This document shows, in pieces, positions 24,305 to 33,923 of a DNA stretch of 64,000 bases. The notes beneath the pieces were generated by a model that saw only the letters and a program-made list of their open reading frames with translations, did not search any database and was not told the origin of the DNA. The stretch lies in contig JAPVSJ010000109.1 of the NCBI GenBank assembly GCA_047519745.1, forward strand, positions 6,326 to 70,325, given 5' to 3'. Position 1 is the first letter of the stretch. Each line of letters starts with the position of its first letter. Source of the stretch: Actinomycetota bacterium (lineage in GTDB: Bacteria; Actinomycetota; Thermoleophilia; Solirubrobacterales; 70-9). Both the position numbers and the translations under genes were made by a program.

Positions 24305-25473
24305 CGGCTCGGCAACGCTCCCCAGCTGTCGAGCATCCAGAGAACCGGGTCCTCCACCCGATGCGGAGCGACCCCGTTGGGCAAGCGCCCCTCGACTGGC
24401 GGTTCGCCGAGCGCGGAGACGCCGAAGTAGGCCATCGTCTCGAACTCCTGCTTGACGAAGGAGTCGAGTCGTTCTCCGAGCCAGCCGGCCAGGTCACTGC
24501 GGACCGCGGCGCTGACGCTGTCCGCCACTTGGCGGTCGAAGCGGCCGTCGTGAGCGGGGAGGGAGAAGACCGGGTGCCCCTCGGGGAGGAGCGGGCGCAC
24601 GGCGTCGAACTTGGAGACGGTCAGCGCCAGGGGGACGTCGATCGGCTTGTTGGCGGGGATGCCACGCGCCTCGCGGATCAAGCCGGTGACCCGGCCCAGC
24701 ATCGTGTAGACGTCGACCGCGTCTTCGGGCAGATCGACCGAGCCGCCGAGCTCATCGCGCACCGCGGCGATCTGCAGGGGGTCGACGAGCAGGACCAGGC
24801 CATGCGACTGGGTGATGTAGCGGGCCTCGCGTTCGAGTACGTCGAGGGACTGCAGGTCCTCGCCGGCGCTGTCGAAGAAGACAAGATTGCTGTGCGAGCC
24901 CCCGCCAGCGCCGACGCTGAGGCGGGCTACGAGCGGGACGCGGACGTCGGCGCCAATTTGACGTGCGGATTGCGTCGGAGCGAGTACGACCCCTTCGCGG
25001 TAGAGCCTCGGCATCAGCTCCCTGTCGACCCGGTTCCGGGTCGCGTCGTCGAGCAGCATCAGCGAGCCGTCGAAGCGAGGGCCGACGCGGTGTTCGAGCT
25101 CGTGCAGGGCGACCGCGATGAAGTTGCTCTTGCCGGCCGCCTTGGTCCCGATCAAGCCCATCGAGCGGCTCGGCGCTTCGGCGAAGCGCTGCGGCAGGTC
25201 GGAGTGGCAGTTGGGGCAGACCGGGCGCGCGGCCGCACCGCACTCGCAGCGCACCGGATGACCCTTCTTCACCTCGAAGGAGCGGCCGAGGCGGCCCTGT
25301 CGTCGCAGCACCCGGCCGGCAAGCGGAGCATCGGTGCCTCGAAAGCGCCCCTGCGCCTCGTCCGGTTCGCGGGGGCAGCGTTGCTCATCGCTGCCGGTGC
25401 ACCGGAACGCCGCGATCTTGGTCGACCAGGGCTGGAAGCAATACGGGCACAGCACTGATCGTGGCGCCGCCAT
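24301..25473 (-). CDS. soluble zinc-ribbon P-loop GTPase (paralogue of 16933-19200)
   Basis: CPYC...CP and CECG...CPNC. G1 GTKAAGKS, G3 FDSAGE, LVLLVDP, G4 SKFD. C-terminal FGVSALG...PVLWML is shared with the 755-aa paralogue. Confidence 0.8.
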   Translation of the reverse strand: MAAPRSVLCPYCFQPWSTKIAAFRCTGSDEQRCPREPDEAQGRFRGTDAPLAGRVLRRQGRLGRSFEVKKGHPVRCECGAAARPVCPNCHSDLPQRFAEAPSRSMGLIGTKAAGKSNFIAVALHELEHRVGPRFDGSLMLLDDATRNRVDRELMPRLYREGVVLAPTQSARQIGADVRVPLVARLSVGAGGGSHSNLVFFDSAGEDLQSLDVLEREARYITQSHGLVLLVDPLQIAAVRDELGGSVDLPEDAVDVYTMLGRVTGLIREARGIPANKPIDVPLALTVSKFDAVRPLLPEGHPVFSLPAHDGRFDRQVADSVSAAVRSDLAGWLGERLDSFVKQEFETMAYFGVSALGEPPVEGRLPNGVAPHRVEDPVLWMLDSWGALPSR

Positions 25474-25475
25474 GG

Positions 25476-28400
25476 TCAGTCGATCAGGAGCTGGTCGGCC
25501 ATTGGGTCGAAGAGGACGAAGCCGCTCGCCGCGCTCGCCGAGTCGAGGAAGAGCCGCACCGCGAGTGGCCGCGAGAGCCCACGCAGCTCGAGGCTCGAGT
25601 GGCGCGGGCCGTCGCCGCCGAGCCGCGCCAGCACCGCCCCGTCCGCCGCGCTGCGGGGCAGGATCTCCCCCTCGCGCCCGACCAGCACCAGCTCGGGCAG
25701 CCCCCCGTTGGCGGGCTCGGAGACCTCGACCTCGAGGCGCTTCTGCAACATCCCGGCAAGCCGCACCGAGTAGCGCAACTCGGTCTTGTCCTCGGTCCTC
25801 AGAGTCGCTCGGGTGCCCTTGCCGCCGCTGCTGCCATAGGCAACGTCAGCGCCCAGACGAGTCGCCGGGAAGACCGCGACGAACAGCGAGCGCTGGTCAC
25901 CGAGGTCGATCGAGCAGCCGCCGCGATCACGGTACTCCCCCAGCCTGTAGTCGATGGCGTGGGCACTCGCGTCCTCGGGCCCGGCTGGTTGGCGGTCATG
26001 GCGCCAAACGATCCGGGCGAGGGTGATGCCGGCGGGCCAGGTCCAGGTGACCTGAGCCTGGCGACCGTTGGCGACGGCGCGCACGTTCGAGATCTCGGGC
26101 AAGGCCACGTGGCGAACCGCCGCGCCGGCAACCGCGGTCGTGCCAGCGACAGTGACCGCCTGATAGAAGCAGGGGCCCGTTGGCGGTTCGGGGTCGACGG
26201 CGGCCGATCCACTTACCTCAAGCGCCTGGCCCAGCCCGGACAGCTCGGCAAGCTCGAGCTCAGCCCCTGGCTTCAGCTCCGGATCCTCAGCGCACCTGAA
26301 GATCGAGAGGGTGCCGTTCTCCGGCGGCTCGAAGCCGAGAGCGACGCCAGTCGACCGCGCGAGCACGATCAGCTCACCGAGCGGCTTGGGTCGTTCAACC
26401 GGCTGGGCGAACGCCGTCAGGCCCGGGGTTCGGACCGCCTCCCCACCCGGCACCGGGTATTCGACCCGCACGAAATAGGTGTAGCGACGGCCGTTGACGA
26501 CGAAGCGATCGGTGACGCCCGCGGCATCGGGGTCGAGCGTGATCTCGGAACGATCCGACTCGTCGCGGCGGCGGACCTCGACCCGGCCCGTCTCTGCACG
26601 GGCCGTCCAGGACAGGCGCACCTCGCCATCACCCTCGCTGACGGCGAGGTCTCCCACCTCGTGCGCCGCGACCGCCGGTGCCGAGGTCGCAATAGTGGAG
26701 CGTGCTCCGCCCCGGACGGCCTCGACTGAGTAACGGACGACCGCCCCAGGTGCGGCCCCGTCGTCCTCGATCTCGAGCCCGTCGGTTTCCCCGACGAGCA
26801 CCCTGCCCTTACCGCGGATGTCCCGGAAGACCACGTAGGCAACGCCTCTGGTCAGCGATGGCGCCCAGCCGATCATCATCGCCGTCCCGCCCGCGACCGC
26901 CTCCACGGCGCTGGGCGGCTCGAGCGGCAGCTTCTCCAGCTCGCGCTCCGCCTCGGCACAATCGGCCGCGAAGTTGAGTGCCTCCAGCAGCAACTGCTCC
27001 CTCGACGCTCCCTGGAGCCCGAGCGCCTTCGCCAGTGCCACCTCGGCTTCACCCACCCGCTCGCGCGAGGCTTCCAGCGCCCCTGCAGGCAGTTCCCCGG
27101 TAGGCCCGGGGAAATCTTTGGCGGCCTTCTCGAGCTCCCCGAGCAGCCGGCGCGCGGCATAGTGGCGACGCTCGCCTCGTGCCTCATCGACTTCCGCCCA
27201 GGCGCGTTTGGCGCCTTCCACGGCTGCCGTAACGCGGCGTGCCGCGGCCTGCAGCTCGGCGTTCGAGCTGCCGAGGATCTGCGTCGCCTCCTCGAGCTCG
27301 GACCGCGCCCGGCCCACCCTCCCCTCGTCGACCAACTCGGGCAGCCGAGAGACGGTGCGGATCGCGGCCGCGTGCCGGTGGAGGTCGGCGCCGCAGGTGG
27401 CGCAACGCGCCGCCGTCGCGTCGCTGCGCTGACCGCAGCCGTTCGGGCACTGGACGAAGAGCGCCGTGGCGCAGCGCTCGCAGCGCTCGTGACCAGCGTC
27501 GCGCGGATGGGGGTGATTGCACAGCGGGCAGGCGACGAAATCGACCGCCGCTCCGGTGCGAAGGCTGGCGCCGTGTTCGCGGGCGAGCTCGGCCACCACG
27601 CGCTGCGCCAGCTCGGTCGTGAGGCCCAGCTCCAGCCCCCCGCGGAGAAGCTGCTCCGCCTCCAGCTCGTCGATCTCGCCATCGTCGGCGACGGCCTTCA
27701 TCGCCCGCAGGTCGAGTGCTTCGCGAACGTCCAGCATCAGCCCGTGCACGTAGGCACGGGGATCGTTATCGAGCAGATGGATCTTGGCCAGTGAGAGCAC
27801 CGACTCCCAGTTCGCCTTGGTATTGCCGTGGGGCCGAACACGGTTTGCCTGAACCTGCTCCGCGTACCGGGCGTCGATCGCAGCTCGGTCAGCGGTGATC
27901 TCCAAGCCAAAGGCGTGGAAGAGGCTGAGGCCGGCCCGAGGTTCGGCAAGGTCACGGGCGAGGTTGGTGAGAGCGCTGGCCACCAGCGCCCGCTGGCCCT
28001 GATCGAGGATCTCCGGCTCAGCGGCGACCGGTGCGGCGTCGAGTTTCGCCTGCACCTCGGGGCCGGCGATTCCGGTGCTGGCGGCCATCCTCTCCAGGCG
28101 CGCGCGCTGGGTCGGGTCGAGTCCGCCCGCCGAGCGGACCGTCTGCGCCAACAGCTCGTCCCACTCCTTCACGGCCCGCGCCGACGCCTCGGCGCGCTCG
28201 TGCATGCGCTGGCGCATCTCGTCCGCAAGCCGCTCCCGCTCGCGGGCATCGCCGAGGGTCAGCTTTGCCTCGGGGTGCTTTTCGACCAGGTTCCTGATCG
28301 CCGCCCCGTACCGGGGGTGCTCTGATTTCTTGTCCCAGTAGCGCTTGACCTCTTCGAGGCGAGCCTCGATTGCCGCTTCGTCGGAATCGTCGACATCAAT

Positions 28401-28493
28401 CAGGTACCGGTCGAACAGGTTCGGCAGCTCAGCCGAATCGATGCACGGGGCGAGCACGTCGCCCAGGTACGACTTTGGGTCGAACGGTCGCAC
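25476..28493 (-). CDS. 1005-aa multidomain protein: two J-domain-like helical modules, a Cys-rich zinc-ribbon cluster, a coiled coil and C-terminal beta-sandwich repeats
   Basis: NLFDRYLIDVDDSDEAAIEARLEEVKRYWDKKSEHPRYG... and SLFHAFGLEITADRAAIDARYAEQVQANRVRPHGN...IHLLDNDPRAYV. CPLCNHPH..CERC..CPNGC..CATC. Repeats such as GEVRLSWTARAETGRVEVRRRD and AQVTWTWPAGITLARIVWRHD. Confidence 0.6.
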   Translation of the reverse strand: MRPFDPKSYLGDVLAPCIDSAELPNLFDRYLIDVDDSDEAAIEARLEEVKRYWDKKSEHPRYGAAIRNLVEKHPEAKLTLGDARERERLADEMRQRMHERAEASARAVKEWDELLAQTVRSAGGLDPTQRARLERMAASTGIAGPEVQAKLDAAPVAAEPEILDQGQRALVASALTNLARDLAEPRAGLSLFHAFGLEITADRAAIDARYAEQVQANRVRPHGNTKANWESVLSLAKIHLLDNDPRAYVHGLMLDVREALDLRAMKAVADDGEIDELEAEQLLRGGLELGLTTELAQRVVAELAREHGASLRTGAAVDFVACPLCNHPHPRDAGHERCERCATALFVQCPNGCGQRSDATAARCATCGADLHRHAAAIRTVSRLPELVDEGRVGRARSELEEATQILGSSNAELQAAARRVTAAVEGAKRAWAEVDEARGERRHYAARRLLGELEKAAKDFPGPTGELPAGALEASRERVGEAEVALAKALGLQGASREQLLLEALNFAADCAEAERELEKLPLEPPSAVEAVAGGTAMMIGWAPSLTRGVAYVVFRDIRGKGRVLVGETDGLEIEDDGAAPGAVVRYSVEAVRGGARSTIATSAPAVAAHEVGDLAVSEGDGEVRLSWTARAETGRVEVRRRDESDRSEITLDPDAAGVTDRFVVNGRRYTYFVRVEYPVPGGEAVRTPGLTAFAQPVERPKPLGELIVLARSTGVALGFEPPENGTLSIFRCAEDPELKPGAELELAELSGLGQALEVSGSAAVDPEPPTGPCFYQAVTVAGTTAVAGAAVRHVALPEISNVRAVANGRQAQVTWTWPAGITLARIVWRHDRQPAGPEDASAHAIDYRLGEYRDRGGCSIDLGDQRSLFVAVFPATRLGADVAYGSSGGKGTRATLRTEDKTELRYSVRLAGMLQKRLEVEVSEPANGGLPELVLVGREGEILPRSAADGAVLARLGGDGPRHSSLELRGLSRPLAVRLFLDSASAASGFVLFDPMADQLLID

Positions 28494-28500
28494 TCGGTCC

Positions 28501-30195
28501 TCAGGTGCGGCTCACCGAGGCGACCCGCTCCGCCGCGGCCGCAACCTTCTCCTGCGACATCACCGCACCCTCGGCTTCGACCTCAAACTCGAGGTTCGAG
28601 CCGCTGCTGTGTGACGCCTTGACCTTCAACACGCCGTTTTCGGCCATCGCGAGGGTCACCTGGATCGGCGCCCCCACCGGGTCGTTCCCGGGCAGCGCGA
28701 TCACCCCATGTCCGATGTTTTCGTTGTGGGCGAGCTCTTCGGAGAGCTCGGAGCCCGACTGTTGCCAGAGCTCGATGCGCACGGTCTGCTGATTGGGAAT
28801 CGTGGTGCCGTACGTCTCCGGGTCCGGATCGCCCGGCAACGGGGTGTTCGGCTTGATCACGTGATCGATCCAGAAGTCCGCGGGATCGGTCGAGCTGGGA
28901 TCGTGGCCGTCACGTAGGAGCTTTACGCCGAAGCCCCGGGAGCAAACGTTCGTCACCTCGGTGTCCTTGATCCGCTGCAAGGTGCTGAGCTCGAGTCCCA
29001 TCTCCTCGGCGACCTTCTTCTCGATCTCGGCGCTCGAGGACGGCACGCCGTCGGATTCCGCCTGCGCGGTCTCTTCGCTCAGCTTCGCCCTCAGCTCCGC
29101 CTGAAAGCCGAGCAGCGCCGCGCCCTTCGCCACCGCCTGGTTCGCGTCCTCCAGCTCCGGCACCCAGCCGGGGAAGGCCTCCGCCAGGCGCTCCGCTACC
29201 GCAGGCATGAAAGACGACCCACCGACCAGGAGAACCCGATCGATCTCGGGAGCACCGAGCTCCTTTGCTTTCTCCACGGTTTCCCGCGTGAACTCGATCG
29301 TCTGGTCGAGCAGCTCGCGGGTCGCCTGCTCGAACTCGTCCCTGGTCAGCTCAACGTTGTCGCGCGCTTCCCCCGAGACCACGATTTGGGTCAGCGAGTC
29401 GCGCAGGCTCAGCCCCCGCTTCGCCTCCTCCGCGGCGAGCCGCAGCTCGGCCGTCGCGATGTCGTCGTCGAGGGGATCGGGGGCCTCGGGGTGCGCTTCG
29501 GAGAATTTCCGCGCCAGCAGGTTGACCACACGTTCGTCCCACTGAGCGCCGCCGAGGCGCGCGTTTCCCCCCGTCGCGACAACGCGGATGTGACTCCCGG
29601 ACTCGACTGGTTCGAGCCGGATCACGGTGACGTCAAAGGTCCCGCCACCGAGGTCGTAGACGAGAACCGTTTCGTCGACATCAGCCCCCTGGGCGAAGCC
29701 GTAGGACATCGCTGCGGCGGTCGGCTCGTTGACCACGTCGACCACATCGAGCCCGGCGATCTTCCCCGCCGCGATCGTCGCCTCGCGCTCGACGATGCCG
29801 AAATAGGCGGGCACCGTGATCACGACTTTCTCGACTTTCTCGCGCGTCTGCAGCTCCGCGTCCTCGCACAGCGCCTTGAGAATGTGAGCGGATACCTCGG
29901 GCGCGCTCCACTCCTCCCCATGTGCCTCGAAGCGCCAGTCGGACTCACCCATGTGACGCTTGACCAGCTCCGACACATTTTCCGGGTCGAGCAGCATCTG
30001 GCGCTTTGCCTCCTTGCCGACCTGGATGTCGTCGGAACCGACGAACATCACGACCGAGGGGGTGACAGGGTCACCGTCGCGGTTGTTGATCACTATCGGC
30101 CGGCCGAACTCGTCAACCCGCGAGATGCACGAGTACGTGGTGCCGAGATCAATGCCCCAAACCGTCGTCGAGTTTTCACCGTTGCCGTTCCCCAT
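28501..30195 (-). CDS. Hsp70-family chaperone (DnaK paralogue, short C-terminus without an obvious helical lid)
   Basis: GIDLGTTYS, VITVPAYFGIVEREATIAAGKIAGLDVVDVVNEPTAAA, LVYDLGGGTFDVTVI and VLLVGGSSFMPAV. 564 aa in total. Confidence 0.9.
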   Translation of the reverse strand: MGNGNGENSTTVWGIDLGTTYSCISRVDEFGRPIVINNRDGDPVTPSVVMFVGSDDIQVGKEAKRQMLLDPENVSELVKRHMGESDWRFEAHGEEWSAPEVSAHILKALCEDAELQTREKVEKVVITVPAYFGIVEREATIAAGKIAGLDVVDVVNEPTAAAMSYGFAQGADVDETVLVYDLGGGTFDVTVIRLEPVESGSHIRVVATGGNARLGGAQWDERVVNLLARKFSEAHPEAPDPLDDDIATAELRLAAEEAKRGLSLRDSLTQIVVSGEARDNVELTRDEFEQATRELLDQTIEFTRETVEKAKELGAPEIDRVLLVGGSSFMPAVAERLAEAFPGWVPELEDANQAVAKGAALLGFQAELRAKLSEETAQAESDGVPSSSAEIEKKVAEEMGLELSTLQRIKDTEVTNVCSRGFGVKLLRDGHDPSSTDPADFWIDHVIKPNTPLPGDPDPETYGTTIPNQQTVRIELWQQSGSELSEELAHNENIGHGVIALPGNDPVGAPIQVTLAMAENGVLKVKASHSSGSNLEFEVEAEGAVMSQEKVAAAAERVASVSRT

Positions 30196-30249
30196 GCGTC
30201 CTCCCCAGGCGTAGTTGGCTAGTTGCGATCAGTTCTTTTTTGACGTGTC

Positions 30250-30882
30250 TTACGTCGCGTCTCGGTATCGGTAGGCACGAACCTCGGCGACCCGAATCAC
30301 GTCACCGGACTCCCATTGGAATCCCCATCTGACGATCTCGACCACGGTCTTGTCGAGCGACTCGTCCGTGGTCGGCTCGGTTCCCGCGGCAGCGTGCAGG
30401 CGTGGATCGAACTCCTCACCATTCCCCGGGGCGTACGCCTCGACGCCGTTGCGGGCCAAGGTGTCGAGCAGGCTCTCCTGCACCACCCGCAGGTCGTCGT
30501 CTCCCTCGCCGGCAACGGCCCGCATGCGCCCCACGTCGTCGTGGAGGCGAATCAGGTCGCGAACCAGGGGCAGTTGCGCATCGCGCAGCTCACCTGCGCG
30601 CAGACTCAGGTTCTCCGCGTGCAGCCGATCGACGAGATCGGACTGACGCGCAAGCAGGCGCTGTGACTCCTCGAGCCGCGCATCGAACCTTGCCACCGCC
30701 TCCCCCAGCTCGGGTGCGCCAGTGGGGGCCACTTCGTCGGCAGCAAGCAGAGTGGACTCAGCTTCCCCTCCCTCCACGCTGCTTGGCTCTGGGGTGACCG
30801 TCTCGTCGCCGCCGGGGTTAGAGCCATCACCGGCGCGTTGCGCCTTGGCCTCCCCAACCGTCTCCTCGAACGACCTTTCCAT
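30250..30882 (-). CDS. GrpE-like nucleotide exchange factor (first gene of the operon)
   Basis: LPLVRDLIRLHDDVGR..., LLDTLARNGVEAYAPGNGEEFDPRLHAA..., VVEIVRWGFQWESGDVIRVAEVRAY follow the GrpE C-terminal pattern. Confidence 0.8.
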   Translation of the reverse strand: MERSFEETVGEAKAQRAGDGSNPGGDETVTPEPSSVEGGEAESTLLAADEVAPTGAPELGEAVARFDARLEESQRLLARQSDLVDRLHAENLSLRAGELRDAQLPLVRDLIRLHDDVGRMRAVAGEGDDDLRVVQESLLDTLARNGVEAYAPGNGEEFDPRLHAAAGTEPTTDESLDKTVVEIVRWGFQWESGDVIRVAEVRAYRYRDAT

Positions 30883-31024
30883 GGCGTCTCCCCAACCGGG
30901 GTCGCGACAATACCTGATCTGTACCTCACTTGATAATTAGAGAGACTAAATTGGGTACCGAAGATTCTCCATAGTTCTAAGAGTATGGGTAGGCAAGGGC
31001 CAACCGGCGTCGAAGTAGGCGCGG
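30883..31024. promoter_or_regulatory. AT-rich divergent intergenic region (promoter region for the GrpE-led operon and the ion-channel gene)
   Basis: Marked local GC drop (cacttgataattagagagactaaattgggtaccgaagattctccatagttctaagagtatggg) between divergent starts. No specific -35/-10 pair could be assigned with confidence. Confidence 0.35.
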
Positions 31025-31831
31025 ATGAGCGCTGAGGTTGCCGAGAAGCTCGTGCCCTACGGGCCGGGGATGGACGCGCGCAGCACGCGCGTCGCCGAAC
31101 GGCTCAACACGCCGATGCTGTTCGCGGCGGCGCTGACGATCCCAGCCGTGGCGATCAACGAGTCCCACCCCGGGGGGTGGCTGCTGAACGTCGCCCACGC
31201 GCTCAACTGGGTCATCTGGCTCGCCTTCCTCACCGAGCTGGTGGTGATGCTGGCGGTCGTGCCGGAGCGGTGGACCTGGCTCAGGCACCACCCGCTCGAC
31301 CTGATCATCGTCGTCTTCACGCCGCCGGTGCTGCCTGCCGGCCTGCAGAGCCTGCGGGTCCTGCGCCTGCTCCGCCTGCTGCGGCTGCTGCGCCTGGCAC
31401 AGCTCTCGCGTGAGGCCTTCTCGCTGCGCGGCCTCCACTACGCGGCGCTGCTCGCCGTGCTTACCGCGGTCGCCGGCGGCGCCCTCTTCGTCGGCTTCGA
31501 GAAGCACAGCCAGCACCTGACCGCCTGGGACGGGATCTACTGGGCGGTCACCTCGATGACCACGCTCGGCTCGAACATCTACCCGATGACGACCGGCGGC
31601 GAGATCGTCGGCGTCGTCGTCGTGATCGTCGGCATCTCCTTCGTCGCGCTGCTGACCGGCGCGATCGCCCAGCGCTTCCTCGGCCCCGAGATCGCCGAGG
31701 TGGAGGCTGAGCTGGAGGAGGAGCATGCGTCGGCCGAGGCGATAGCGCTGCGTGAGCTGCGCAACGTCCGCGAGCAGCTCGAGGCGCTCGAGGTCGCCGT
31801 CGAGCGCATGGTCGACGAGCGCGCCGCCTGA
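31025..31831 (+). CDS. voltage-sensor-containing ion transport protein with a non-canonical pore filter
   Basis: S4-like LRVLRLLRLLRLLRLAQL. Pore region YWAVTSMTTLGSNIYPMT. C-terminal coiled coil. Confidence 0.75.
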   Translation: MSAEVAEKLVPYGPGMDARSTRVAERLNTPMLFAAALTIPAVAINESHPGGWLLNVAHALNWVIWLAFLTELVVMLAVVPERWTWLRHHPLDLIIVVFTPPVLPAGLQSLRVLRLLRLLRLLRLAQLSREAFSLRGLHYAALLAVLTAVAGGALFVGFEKHSQHLTAWDGIYWAVTSMTTLGSNIYPMTTGGEIVGVVVVIVGISFVALLTGAIAQRFLGPEIAEVEAELEEEHASAEAIALRELRNVREQLEALEVAVERMVDERAA

Positions 31832-31885
31832 CCGCCCCTATTGATTGCAGTGTTTGCCCACCCATAGTGGGGAAAAAGCTGCAAC

Positions 31886-33868
<1,983 letters not shown>

Positions 33869-33923
33869 CGCGCTCCCTTCCTCGGCCGCTACCCTGAGCG
33901 ACGAACGGTACCCGTTCGCTCGA

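Noticed and set aside
30883-31024. Heat-shock operators (HAIR CTTGAGT-N7-ACTCAAG or CIRCE) upstream of the grpE-like gene
   Set aside because: Only a weak half-match (cttgata) is present, with no inverted partner. This supports the view that the operon is not under classical HspR/HrcA control, but absence of a match seen by eye is weak evidence.
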